NCBI GenBank assembly: GCA_903919045.1
Contig: CAIXGU010000228.1
Coordinates: 239 to 64,238 of the forward strand
Source: an uncultured Eubacteriales bacterium
Lineage (GTDB): Bacteria; Bacillota; Clostridia; Saccharofermentanales; UBA5734
Direction of reading: 5' to 3'
Length of the DNA: 64,000 nucleotides
Of the stretch, positions 37,031-45,777 are shown piece after piece; the stretch's first letter is position 1; the number at the start of each line of letters is the position of its first letter. Under the pieces are notes generated by a model, which worked only from the letters and a program-made list of their open reading frames with translations, ran no database searches and had not been told where the DNA came from. A program made the position numbers and the translations under genes.

Positions 37031-37077
37031 CACGATGTTTGCATGAAAATGCATCGGCATCCGAAGGAGGAGGAACC

Positions 37078-38322
37078 ATGTCCCAGCTCAAAGGAAACGC
37101 GATCTTCGGCCAATCCGGCGGACCGACGTCCGTCATCAACGCCAGCGCGGCCGGCGTCATCCAGGAGGCCCTGAAGCAGACGGGCGTCATCGGGAAGGTC
37201 TACGGCGCCGCGCACGGCATCAAGGGCATCCTCGCCGAGGAGTTCTTCGACATGGCCCAGGAGGACCCGGCGGAGCTCGACCTCCTTAGGACGACTCCTT
37301 CCTCCGCGCTCGGTTCCTGCCGCTACAAGCTGAAGAAGGCCGAGGACGACGACACCGACTACAAGCGCCTGCTCGAGGTGTTCCGCAAGTACGATATCCG
37401 CTATTTCTTCTACAACGGCGGCAACGACTCGATGGACACCTGCAACAAGATCTCGAAGTACATGCAGCGGGCCGGATACGAGTGCCGCGTCATGGGCGTC
37501 CCCAAGACGATCGACAACGACCTCTGGGGCACCGACCACTGCCCGGGCTTCGCGTCCGCCGCCAAGTACATCGCGACCTCCACGATGGAAGTCTACCTCG
37601 ACGCCCGCGTGTACGACACCGGGATGGTCACGATCCTCGAGGTCATGGGCCGCAACGCCGGCTGGCTGACCGCCGCGACCGCGATCGCCGCCGCGAAGGG
37701 CCACGGCCCCGACCTGATCTACCTCCCCGAGACGGACTTCGACCTCGACGCCTTCCTCGCCGACGTGAAGCGGATCTACGACAAGGAGAAGAAGTGCATC
37801 ATCGCCGTGTCCGAGGGCGTGCGCACGAAGGAGGGCAAGTACCTGCCCGAGCTCGTCGGCGAACTGACGAAGGATGCGTTCGGCCACGCCCAGATGGGCG
37901 GCACCGCCTCCCTGCTCGCGGGCGTCGTGAAGGACCGCCTCGGCTGCAAGATCCGCGCGATCGAGTTCTCGCTGCTCCAGCGCTGCGCCGCGCACTGCGC
38001 ATCGAAGACCGACGTCGACGAGTCCTATCTCGCCGGGAAGACGGCCGTGCAGGTCGCCGTCGCGGGCGGCACGGACCAGATGGTCGCCTTCAAGCGCGCC
38101 CCCGGCAAGGACTACGTCTGCGAGATCCAGCTGATCCCGCTGTCCGAGGTCGCGAACACCGAGAAGAAGGTGCCGCGCGAATGGATCAACGCCGCGGGCA
38201 ACTTCGTGACGCAGGAGTACGTCGACTACGTGCTGCCGCTGATCCAGGGAGAGTCGTCGCCCCCGATGGTCGACGGCGTGCCGCGCTTCGCGCGGCTGAA
38301 GAAGGTCCTCGCGCGCAAGTAG
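37078..38322 (+). CDS. pfp: Phosphofructokinase, short PPi-dependent (Pfp)-type
   Basis: The ATG at 37078 follows GAAGGAGGAGGAA. The N-terminus is IFGQSGGPTSVINAS, and GGNDSM and PKTIDNDL are present. Confidence 0.85.
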   Translation: MSQLKGNAIFGQSGGPTSVINASAAGVIQEALKQTGVIGKVYGAAHGIKGILAEEFFDMAQEDPAELDLLRTTPSSALGSCRYKLKKAEDDDTDYKRLLEVFRKYDIRYFFYNGGNDSMDTCNKISKYMQRAGYECRVMGVPKTIDNDLWGTDHCPGFASAAKYIATSTMEVYLDARVYDTGMVTILEVMGRNAGWLTAATAIAAAKGHGPDLIYLPETDFDLDAFLADVKRIYDKEKKCIIAVSEGVRTKEGKYLPELVGELTKDAFGHAQMGGTASLLAGVVKDRLGCKIRAIEFSLLQRCAAHCASKTDVDESYLAGKTAVQVAVAGGTDQMVAFKRAPGKDYVCEIQLIPLSEVANTEKKVPREWINAAGNFVTQEYVDYVLPLIQGESSPPMVDGVPRFARLKKVLARK

Positions 38323-38377
38323 GGCGAGGACGGACGTCGGCTCCGCGCAGCGCGGGGCCGGTCGGCTTCGTTTCGGG

Positions 38378-38416
38378 GAGGGCTCCGCCGCATCCGGCGG
38401 GGCCCTCTTCCCTTCT
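38378..38416 (+). terminator. Intrinsic terminator between convergent pfp and the MFS gene
   Basis: Stem GAGGGCTCCGCCG, loop CATC, stem CGGCGGGGCCCTC, followed by TTCCCTTCT. Confidence 0.65.
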
Positions 38417-39758
38417 ATTCGGTGGCGGCGGGGTCGGACGCGGACGCGCCGGTTCCGAGGGCTCCGGTCGCCTGGACGGCCTCGACCGGAGAGGCGGTCT
38501 TGCGCCCGATGTCGGGCGTTCCGCGGAGCGCGCGCCAGCGGAGCAGGAACAGGCCGGCGCCGACGAAGCGCAGGACGGTCGAGATGCCCATGGTCAGGAT
38601 GATGGCCCGCTGGTCCGAGCCGAGCGCCGCGTACAGCCAGACGCCGGCCATGGGCGAGAGGATGTTGGACAGCAGCGTCAGGCTCGAGAACACGCCGATC
38701 CGGAACGTCTTGTCCTTCTCCCCGACCACCTCGAGCAGGCACTGCAGCAGCGAGAGCTGGTAGGCCGAGAAGGTGAGGCCGACGATCGCGTTCAGCGCGA
38801 AGAGGAACGGCAGGGCGACGCCCGACGGGAGCAGGGTGGCGACGGCGTAGATCAGCGGGTTGGTCCCGAGGCCGACCATGCCGACCACGAGCGTCGCGCG
38901 GACGCCGTGGCGGTCGATGAAGCGGCTCCAGTAGCCGGTCGTGGCGAGGTTGAGAAGCGACGTCGAGACGGAGATCCAGCTGAGCCAGGCCTCGTCGGCG
39001 CCCAGATAGCGGACTTGCGCGATGAAGAAGAGCGGCCAGGAGAACTGCCAGCCGACGTAGAAGACGAGCGCGAGTCCCGCGAATCCGAGGAAGGCGCGGT
39101 TGCGCAGCAGCGCGGCGATCGACGCGCGGAGGCGGAAGGCGCCGGCTGCGTCGGGGTCGTGCGGGGGCGGCGTGCGGACGCCCCGCAGGAAGCGGAGCTG
39201 GACGAAGGAGACGAGGAAGGCGAGGCCGTAGAAGACCTGGTAGAGACGGATCCGGTCGCCGTCGCTTCCGGGCGCGTAGGCGAGCAGCAGTCCGGTGCCG
39301 AGCAGCACGATCGCCCCGACCAGGTACGTGAGCTTCGTCCGGTGCGCGTAGGTGTCGTTGCGGAGCGCGGGCGGGACCACGTCCGAGAACCAGGCCTGCC
39401 AGCTCGTGTTGTAGAGCGCGAGCGGGGCGTTCGTCAGAGCGAACAGGGCGATCATGGAGCCGACGCTCGCCGCGCCGAGGAAGGGCGTCAGGCCGACGCC
39501 CAGGAACAGGACCGCCGTCGCAAGGATCGAGATCTCCGCCATCCGACGCTTGTCGCGCATGCGGTCGGTCGCGAGCGCGCCGGGAATCATGACGACGAGG
39601 CCGAAGAGCGGCGGCAGCGACTGCAGCAGGCCGATCTGGTAGTCGGAAGCGCCCATGCGGGCGGCGTACATGCTCGCGAAGCCGGTCGCCAGGTTGAGGA
39701 CGACCGCTGCGGCGAGGCCTTCGAGTCCGATCAGCGTGCGGTTGCGGTCCCGGCTCAT
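38415..39758 (-). CDS. MFS transporter
   Basis: 447 aa with about 12 TM segments and a loop 2-3 motif ATDRMRDKRR. Confidence 0.82.
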   Translation of the reverse strand: MSRDRNRTLIGLEGLAAAVVLNLATGFASMYAARMGASDYQIGLLQSLPPLFGLVVMIPGALATDRMRDKRRMAEISILATAVLFLGVGLTPFLGAASVGSMIALFALTNAPLALYNTSWQAWFSDVVPPALRNDTYAHRTKLTYLVGAIVLLGTGLLLAYAPGSDGDRIRLYQVFYGLAFLVSFVQLRFLRGVRTPPPHDPDAAGAFRLRASIAALLRNRAFLGFAGLALVFYVGWQFSWPLFFIAQVRYLGADEAWLSWISVSTSLLNLATTGYWSRFIDRHGVRATLVVGMVGLGTNPLIYAVATLLPSGVALPFLFALNAIVGLTFSAYQLSLLQCLLEVVGEKDKTFRIGVFSSLTLLSNILSPMAGVWLYAALGSDQRAIILTMGISTVLRFVGAGLFLLRWRALRGTPDIGRKTASPVEAVQATGALGTGASASDPAATE

Positions 39759-40405
39759 CCTCTTCCCTTCATCCGGCGCGAGAGGACGGCGGGTGCGGCC
39801 ACCGAGAAGCCGAAGAAGCCCAGGCAGCGGCCGAGCGACCAGTATTCGCCGTGGAGGTATCCGACGAGGTTCGCGCGGTCGAGCGAGAGGCGGCCGTCCT
39901 CGCCGAGGAGGTCGGGGCGGACCGTCACGCCGACGACCTCGCCCAGGAACTGGTCATGCGATCCGAGCTCCGCGACGCTCCGGACGCGGCATTCGAGGGT
40001 CAATGGGCTCTCCGCCAGCGTCGGCGCGTGCCGGAGGCGATCCGAGTCGGCGGCTTGCAGCCCGCAGAGGGCGAACTTGTCGACATCGCGGCCGGACTTC
40101 ACGCCGCACAGGTCGGCGGCGCGCAGCAGGGACGCATCGACGAGGTTGACCGTGAATTCGCCCGATTCGGTGACCTGGAGATGCGAGAAGCGGCTCTTCC
40201 GGATCGAGACGGAGACCAGGGGCGGGTCCGAGCAGACCGTGCCGGTCCAGGCGATCGCGATGAGGTTCGGGCGCGCGGTCGCTTCGGTCGTGCCGCGGCA
40301 TCCGACGAGGACGACCGGAACGGGCGACAGCAGGGCCGCGGGGCGGAGGCGGATGCGGCCGTCCGGGCGGAGGGTCTCCAAGTCGTTCCGGTCGAGGGTG
40401 GCCAT
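39755..40405 (-). CDS. Flavin reductase-like FMN-binding domain protein
   Basis: 216 aa with PVVLVGC...NLIAIAWTG and FTVNL, typical of the flavin reductase split-barrel family. A 4-nt overlap links it to the MFS gene. Confidence 0.78.
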   Translation of the reverse strand: MATLDRNDLETLRPDGRIRLRPAALLSPVPVVLVGCRGTTEATARPNLIAIAWTGTVCSDPPLVSVSIRKSRFSHLQVTESGEFTVNLVDASLLRAADLCGVKSGRDVDKFALCGLQAADSDRLRHAPTLAESPLTLECRVRSVAELGSHDQFLGEVVGVTVRPDLLGEDGRLSLDRANLVGYLHGEYWSLGRCLGFFGFSVAAPAVLSRRMKGRG

Positions 40406-40418
40406 GGATCCTCCCGTT

Positions 40419-41528
40419 TCAGCGAACGCCGAACATCTCGTGCTCGAGCAGCCATTCCTTCACGTCGAGACCGCCGCTGAACCCGACGAGCTTGTTGTCC
40501 TTGCCGATCACGCGGTGGCACGGGACCGCGATCGCGAGCGGGTTCGCCGAGCAGGCCGAACCGACGGCCCGCGTCAGGCGCCGCGCCGCGGCGGGATCGC
40601 CCGGCGTGAGGCGGAGGGCGATGTCCTCGTAGGTCATCGTCGACCCGAAGGGGATCTCCTCGAGGAGCGCCCACACCTTCTGCTGGAACAGGCTCCCGTT
40701 GGCGCGCGTCCGGAACGTGAACGACCGGCGCGACCCCGCGAGGTATTCCGCGATCTCGGCGGCCGCCTTGGCGACTTCCGCGGGCAGGCGCTGCGGCCGC
40801 TCGGGAGCGCGGGCGGACGCAGGCGGCGCGACGGTCCCCGAGCGGTCGCACAGGCCCTGCTGGAATGCGGCGGCGAAGAGCGGACCGGGACCGAGTCCGA
40901 GGTCGGGGCGCAGGAATCCGATGCCGTCCACGGCATCGCGTCCGCCGTCGAGATGGACGTAGCCGCGCGCGAACGGGATGAAGGCGATGCCGTAGCCGTC
41001 GTAGCCGTCGCGCAGCATGGAGAGCAGTAGGACATCGCGGAAACCGGCCTCGGTCGGGTCGGCCCCCCGCAGTATCCCCTCCTCGCTCCATCCGCCGGCC
41101 CTCGCCGCCTCCGCGAGCGCCGACCCTTCCGGTGCGCGCAGCTCGACGCGATGGAGCGCGAAATGGTAGAACGCGGTCTTCAGCGTACGGTCCAGCAGGG
41201 CGGACAGCGCCGGGAGGCCGCCGTCCGACAGCAGCAGGGCCTCGGCGGAGGAACGGATCGGATCGATCCGCCGCAGGCCCGCGACGCCGGCGAGCCGCTC
41301 CTGTCCTTCGGCCTCGAAGACGGCGGTCCAGGAGGCGCCGAGGCGCTCTTCGTCGAGGCGCTGCCGGATCCATTCGACGGGAACCGCGCCGGTCCGCATA
41401 AGGTCGTCGGCCGCAGCGGCCGAGAGCGATGCGGACAGCGAGCGGACGAGCTCGTCGAGGGCGGGGGAATCCGACAGGCGGAGCGGCCTGGGACCGGGGA
41501 ACGACGGCGCTGCAGGCACGGAAGCCAT
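40419..41528 (-). CDS. Fusion protein: N-terminal GNAT-like domain plus methylated-DNA-protein-cysteine methyltransferase (Ogt/Ada C-terminal type)
   Basis: The ATG at 41526-41528 follows TAGGAGGG; 369 aa. The N-terminal part has LHRVELRAPEGSALAEAARAGGWSEEGILRG. The C-terminal part has FQQKVWALLEEIPFGSTMTYEDIA and the active site PCHRVIG. Confidence 0.8.
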   Translation of the reverse strand: MASVPAAPSFPGPRPLRLSDSPALDELVRSLSASLSAAAADDLMRTGAVPVEWIRQRLDEERLGASWTAVFEAEGQERLAGVAGLRRIDPIRSSAEALLLSDGGLPALSALLDRTLKTAFYHFALHRVELRAPEGSALAEAARAGGWSEEGILRGADPTEAGFRDVLLLSMLRDGYDGYGIAFIPFARGYVHLDGGRDAVDGIGFLRPDLGLGPGPLFAAAFQQGLCDRSGTVAPPASARAPERPQRLPAEVAKAAAEIAEYLAGSRRSFTFRTRANGSLFQQKVWALLEEIPFGSTMTYEDIALRLTPGDPAAARRLTRAVGSACSANPLAIAVPCHRVIGKDNKLVGFSGGLDVKEWLLEHEMFGVR

Positions 41529-41536
41529 GGACCCTC

Positions 41537-43060
41537 CTATCCCGCCGGGGCGGCGAGCGCTTCTCGGGCCGCGGCGAGCGCGGCGGCGGCGGCATCGCCC
41601 ATCGGACCCGCGGCGGCCGCAGCCGACAGGGCGCCCGAGAGCAGGCGGTTCTGGTAGGCACCGATCGAGGCGTCGACCGCCTGGGTCCAGCCGGGGACGC
41701 CCGTCCGCCCGGAGACGAAGGCGTCCGCAAGGCGGTCGCGGAAGGAGGCGAAGAGCGGCGCGACGGCGGGGCCGGCGGCGACCGCGGCGTCCGCCCACAC
41801 GGAGGGATCGGTCGAGAGCGGGACGGCGCCGGGCTCGAAGCCGATGCGGGACTGGAGGCGGAGGGCGTCCGGGTCCGCGGCGAGGAAGGCGGCGAAGGGG
41901 ACGGCGGATCCGAGGTCCCGCGTCGTGGCGGAGACGCACAGGGCGAGGACGGAGAGGTCCGCGGCGGGGCGGTCGAGGCACGGGAGCGGCGCGACGCCGG
42001 CGGCGATGCCCGCGACGGCGGTCCAGTCCGCGGCTTCGGTGCTGTCGCCGATCCAGAACGCGACCTTCCCGATCGCCCGCGGGTCCGCGTTCCCGAAGGC
42101 TTTCGTGCGCTGATCGGCCGTGAGGGCGTCGGTGGTCCAGCCGGACTTCACGTAGGAGCGCAGCGTCGCGGCGGTCTCGGAGAAGGCGTCGGAAGCGAAT
42201 CGGAAGCGTCCGTCCCGGTAGGTCCCCCAGCCGAGCGTCCCATCGCGCGTCGCGGGGAGGCGCGGGAGCAGCGGCGCGGCCGACAGCAGCGCATACTGCT
42301 TCCGGGTCGGGTCGGTCAGCCTGGGCAGGAGCGCGGCGAAGGCCTCGACGGTCAGTCCGGCGTCGACCTCGGCGGGTTCGATGCCGGCGGCGCGGAGGAG
42401 GTCGGCGTTGTAGAACAGGACGGTCGTCGTCGCCGCTCGCGGGAGCCCGAGAAGCGCGTCGCCGATCCGGCAGGCCGAGACGGCGGCGGGAAGCAGGGCT
42501 CCTCCCTGCAGGGCCGCACGGACCGAGGGGACGTCGTCCAGCGACGCGAGGGCGCCGGCGTCGGCGAGCCTCGGCAGCGCCTCCGTCTCGAACAGGTCGG
42601 GAAGGATCCCGGAGGCGGCCATGGCGAGGAGCTCCGTCTCCAGGTCGCCCGTCGCGGGCGGGGCCACGCGCTCGACGACGACCGTACCGGCGAAGCGCGC
42701 GAGCTCCTCGAGGGGGATCGTCGCGCCGAGCGCGCCCGGATCGGTGCCCGCTTCCCGCGCGAGCGTCCCGGAGGACATGCCGGCGTAGAGTTCGGCGACG
42801 GCGTCCAGCGAGGCCTTCGGGGCGTGCGAGAGGATGCGGAGGGTGACCGCCGCGACGGCCGGGGTCGGGGTCGCCGAGATGCCGCCGGGCAGGGTGATCG
42901 AAGGGTTGGGCTCCTCCAGCTTCGGGTAGGTGTCGCCCGAAGGCGCGGAGCAGGCGGCAAGCGAGGCGGCCAGAAGGAGGGCCGCGGCCGACGCGGCGGA
43001 CAGCCGCCTGAGGATCCGGAGGCGAGCGGCGACGGCGGGCCGCGGGTCAGCGCAGGTCAC
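41537..43060 (-). CDS. Lipoprotein: family-1 (sugar-type) extracellular solute-binding protein with no adjacent permeases
   Basis: 507 aa with a GTG start. The signal peptide has the lipobox LAASLAAC. VLFYNADLLRAAGIEP resembles SBP family 1. Confidence 0.68.
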   Translation of the reverse strand: MTCADPRPAVAARLRILRRLSAASAAALLLAASLAACSAPSGDTYPKLEEPNPSITLPGGISATPTPAVAAVTLRILSHAPKASLDAVAELYAGMSSGTLAREAGTDPGALGATIPLEELARFAGTVVVERVAPPATGDLETELLAMAASGILPDLFETEALPRLADAGALASLDDVPSVRAALQGGALLPAAVSACRIGDALLGLPRAATTTVLFYNADLLRAAGIEPAEVDAGLTVEAFAALLPRLTDPTRKQYALLSAAPLLPRLPATRDGTLGWGTYRDGRFRFASDAFSETAATLRSYVKSGWTTDALTADQRTKAFGNADPRAIGKVAFWIGDSTEAADWTAVAGIAAGVAPLPCLDRPAADLSVLALCVSATTRDLGSAVPFAAFLAADPDALRLQSRIGFEPGAVPLSTDPSVWADAAVAAGPAVAPLFASFRDRLADAFVSGRTGVPGWTQAVDASIGAYQNRLLSGALSAAAAAGPMGDAAAAALAAAREALAAPAG

Positions 43061-44183
43061 GGCCCATCACCCAGTATTCCTTGTAGCGGCGGGCGCCGAT
43101 GCTTTCGATGTTGGCCAGCGACGGACCGTTCTCCACGCCGACCGTGGAGGCGTCCGCCCAGGCATATCCCTTCTCCAGGCCCAGCCGGAAGACCTCGAGC
43201 ATGATCGCCGACATGACGCCCTTGTGCTTGAATTCCGGGACGACGAACTGGGCGAATGCGCGGACTCCGCGGATGCGCCGCTTGTACCACAGGAACTTCA
43301 GGGCTCCGATCGGCCCCATCCGCCCGTCGAGGCGGCGCAGGACGTCGGCGTAGTCGGGCAGGATCAGGTCGAAGCCGATCGGCCGGTCGTCGTCGTCGGC
43401 GCGGGCGATGAAGATCAGCGCGGGATCCGCCACCTTCTTCAGGGAATCGGCCTGCTTGCGCAGCTCCTCGATCGTCGGCGGCGTCATGTCCTCCCAGGAC
43501 TCGAGGATCGACTGCCGGAGGATCTCCCCGATGTCGTCGAGCTCCCGGTCGAGGTTCCGGAGGTCGATCCGGTCGACGTGGTACCCGTAGCGCTTCTTCG
43601 CATAGGCGACGACGCGCTCGTAGCGTTCCAGCGGGAGGTTCTCCTTGTCGATCCGGTACCCGAACAGCCGGTGCACGTCCGTGAATCCGAGCCCGAGGAA
43701 GAAGTCGGTGTACCATGCGGGATTCCACGAGCACAGATAGGGAGCCGGGACGTCGCGCCCCTCCTTGAGGAAGCCCTTGAACTCGTCGCCGTTCGTCGGC
43801 GAGAGCGGTCCGGCCAGCCGCTCGGCACCGTGCTCCCGCGCGAAGGCGGCCGTCCGCTCCATGAGGAGCCGCCCGGCCTCCTCCTCCCCTTCCCGGCATT
43901 CGAAGAGGGAGAACCAGGCGTTCCTCACGCCGCGGATCCGGTTCGACTTCCCGTCGATCCCGGCCATCACGCGCGCGAGCGCGACGCCGTCCCGCTCGGC
44001 GAGCAGGACGACGAAGGGTCCGTTCTCGAGGAATCCGTTGGTCTCGGGCCGCAGGTACGCGGCGACGTCCTCCCGGAGCATCGGGCACCAGCCGGGATCG
44101 CCCTTGTAGATCCGGAAGGCCAGGTCGGCGAAGCGCTCCCGGTCCTTCTTCGTGGTGACCTCGACGATCCGGATGTCCGCCAT
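43047..44183 (-). CDS. Large (about 380 aa) GNAT-like acyltransferase-fold protein of unknown function
   Basis: 378 aa with GGAGGAG before the ATG. The C-terminal region has VVPEFKHKGVMSAIMLE...GYAWADASTVGVENGP, compatible with an acetyl-CoA-binding GNAT core. Function is unknown. Confidence 0.55.
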   Translation of the reverse strand: MADIRIVEVTTKKDRERFADLAFRIYKGDPGWCPMLREDVAAYLRPETNGFLENGPFVVLLAERDGVALARVMAGIDGKSNRIRGVRNAWFSLFECREGEEEAGRLLMERTAAFAREHGAERLAGPLSPTNGDEFKGFLKEGRDVPAPYLCSWNPAWYTDFFLGLGFTDVHRLFGYRIDKENLPLERYERVVAYAKKRYGYHVDRIDLRNLDRELDDIGEILRQSILESWEDMTPPTIEELRKQADSLKKVADPALIFIARADDDDRPIGFDLILPDYADVLRRLDGRMGPIGALKFLWYKRRIRGVRAFAQFVVPEFKHKGVMSAIMLEVFRLGLEKGYAWADASTVGVENGPSLANIESIGARRYKEYWVMGRDLR

Positions 44184-44228
44184 GGATGCTCCTCCGCCCC
44201 GTTCCGCCCTTCCGGCGGCGTCCCACCC

Positions 44229-44237
44229 ATTATAGCA
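44229..44237 (-). promoter_or_regulatory. Extended -10 promoter element (TGCTATAAT) upstream of the 44183-38415 gene string
   Basis: The reverse complement of 44229-44237 is TGCTATAAT. It lies about 45 nt upstream of the ATG at 44183, and there is no good -35. Confidence 0.5.
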
Positions 44238-44288
44238 AGCCGGAGGGGCCTTGCGGGGACGGAAGCGGGGCCGGCGGAGGCCTTCCGG

Positions 44289-44324
44289 AGAAAGAAGGAC
44301 GCCCCCGGGAGAACCGGAGGCGTC
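44289..44324 (-). terminator. Intrinsic terminator after tRNA-Thr
   Basis: On the reverse strand: stem GACGCCTCCGG, loop TTCTC, stem CCGGGGGCGTC, followed by CTTCTTTCT. Confidence 0.7.
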
Positions 44325-44328
44325 GGAC

Positions 44329-44403
44329 TGGAGCCGCTGGTGGGAATCGGACCCACGACCTATTCATTACGAGTGAATTGCTCTACCCCTGAGCCACAGC
44401 GGC
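44329..44403 (-). tRNA. tRNA-Thr(CGT), CCA encoded
   Basis: The reverse complement reads GCCGCTG..ATTCA-CTCGTAA-TGAAT..TCCGATT..CAGCGGC-T-CCA. Confidence 0.92.
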
Positions 44404-44417
44404 GTGTCGCCCCTAAG

Positions 44418-44446
44418 AATATAAAGATGGAGCGGAAGGCTGTCAA
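44418..44446 (-). promoter_or_regulatory. Consensus SigA promoter for tRNA-Thr (TTGACA, 17 nt, TATATT)
   Basis: The reverse complement of 44441-44446 is TTGACA and that of 44418-44423 is TATATT. The -35 overlaps the mtaD stop codon. Confidence 0.7.
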
Positions 44447-45777
44447 GTCAGCGCGGGAACCAGATGATGGGCCGCGGAGAGGGCCTCCGCACGGATCCGC
44501 TCCTCGTCGAGCGTGGTCAGCTCGCGCTTGCGCATCACCCAGCGTCCGTCGACCATCACGCTCTCGACGGCCGAGGCGTCCGCGCTGTAGACGAAGGCCG
44601 ACATGGGGTCGCCGAGCGGGGTCATCGACGCGCGCTCGCAATCGAGCACCAGAAGGTCCGCCGCATGCCCGGCCTCGAGGACGCCGACGTCCGGGAACCC
44701 CATGCCGGCCGCCCCGTGGACCGTCGCCATGCGGAGGGCCATCGGAGCTCCCAGCGTCGCGGCCTCTCCGGTCGTGCCCTTGGCGAGGAATGCGGCGAGC
44801 CGCAGCTCGCGGAACAGGTCGAGGTTGTTGTTGCTGGCCGCGCCGTCGGTCCCGAGCGCCACGCGCAGTCCCGCACGGACCATCGCGTGCACGTCGGCGA
44901 TGCCGCTGCCCAGCTTCAGGTTGCTCTGCGGATTGTGGGCGACCGTGATCCCGGGTCCTGCGAGGATGCGCAGGTCGTCGCCGTGGAGGTGCACGCAATG
45001 CGCGGCGAGCGTGGGCGTCCGGAAGAAGCCTCTCTCGCGCAGGAATTCCGGCGGCGTCCGGCCGTGCTTCTCCTGGCATTCCCGGACCTCGCGCCGCGTC
45101 TCGGAGACGTGGACCTGCACCGGGGCGCCGAGGTCGGCGGCCAGGTCGGCCATCTCCTTGTAGAGCGGTTCGGGATAGAGGTAGACCGAATGCACCAGGA
45201 GGGACGGGACGACGAGGCCCCGGCCGGCCGTGCGCGCGAGGCGCTGGAAGCGCTCGAGCTCGGCGGCGTCGAGGACCGGGTTCCCCGCGGCGTCCTTCTT
45301 CTTCGCGTCCACGCAGAGGTTCAGCCGGACGCCGGCCTCCACGAACGCCTCGAAGACCTCGTCCGGGAAGAAGTACATGTCGGCCGCGGCGCCGGTCCCC
45401 GAGCGGACCATCTCGACGAGGGCGAGCCGCGTGCCCGCCCGGACATCCTCGGCGCGCAGCCGCGTCTCGCGCGGGAAGATCACGTTGTAGAGCCAGTCGT
45501 GGAGCGACAGGTCGTCCGCCGAATTGCGCATGAGGGTCATCGCGGCGTGGCCGTGCGCGTTGGCGAGCGCGGGCGCGAGGATCCGGTCCCGGCCGTCGTA
45601 GGTCTCGTGCGGCGCGCCGTCGAAGGCGGCGGCCGCGTGGTCCCGCGTGAGGCCGACGCACGCGATCCGTCCGGCGCGCACGGCGACGTAGGCATCGGTC
45701 AGCGCGTAGGCGCCGCCCGACTCGTCGGGGCTGAGGACGGAGATGCGCTCGAACAGGACGTCGACGGCGCGGCTCAT
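44443..45777 (-). CDS. mtaD: Amidohydrolase-superfamily 5-methylthioadenosine/S-adenosylhomocysteine deaminase
   Basis: The ATG at 45775-45777 overlaps the ahcY stop (ATGA); 444 aa. Motifs are PALANAHGHAAMTLMR, VHVSET, HCVHL and LGTDGAASNN. Confidence 0.82.
   Translation of the reverse strand: MSRAVDVLFERISVLSPDESGGAYALTDAYVAVRAGRIACVGLTRDHAAAAFDGAPHETYDGRDRILAPALANAHGHAAMTLMRNSADDLSLHDWLYNVIFPRETRLRAEDVRAGTRLALVEMVRSGTGAAADMYFFPDEVFEAFVEAGVRLNLCVDAKKKDAAGNPVLDAAELERFQRLARTAGRGLVVPSLLVHSVYLYPEPLYKEMADLAADLGAPVQVHVSETRREVRECQEKHGRTPPEFLRERGFFRTPTLAAHCVHLHGDDLRILAGPGITVAHNPQSNLKLGSGIADVHAMVRAGLRVALGTDGAASNNNLDLFRELRLAAFLAKGTTGEAATLGAPMALRMATVHGAAGMGFPDVGVLEAGHAADLLVLDCERASMTPLGDPMSAFVYSADASAVESVMVDGRWVMRKRELTTLDEERIRAEALSAAHHLVPALT

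Noticed and set aside
36075-44403. Genomic island hypothesis for the about 8-kb accessory-looking segment bracketed by tRNA-His/Gln/Lys and tRNA-Thr
   Set aside because: There is no integrase, recombinase or mobility gene. I could find no direct repeat of a tRNA 3' end at the far boundary. The GC and GC3 character is indistinguishable from the flanks. The tRNAs have their own promoters and terminators.
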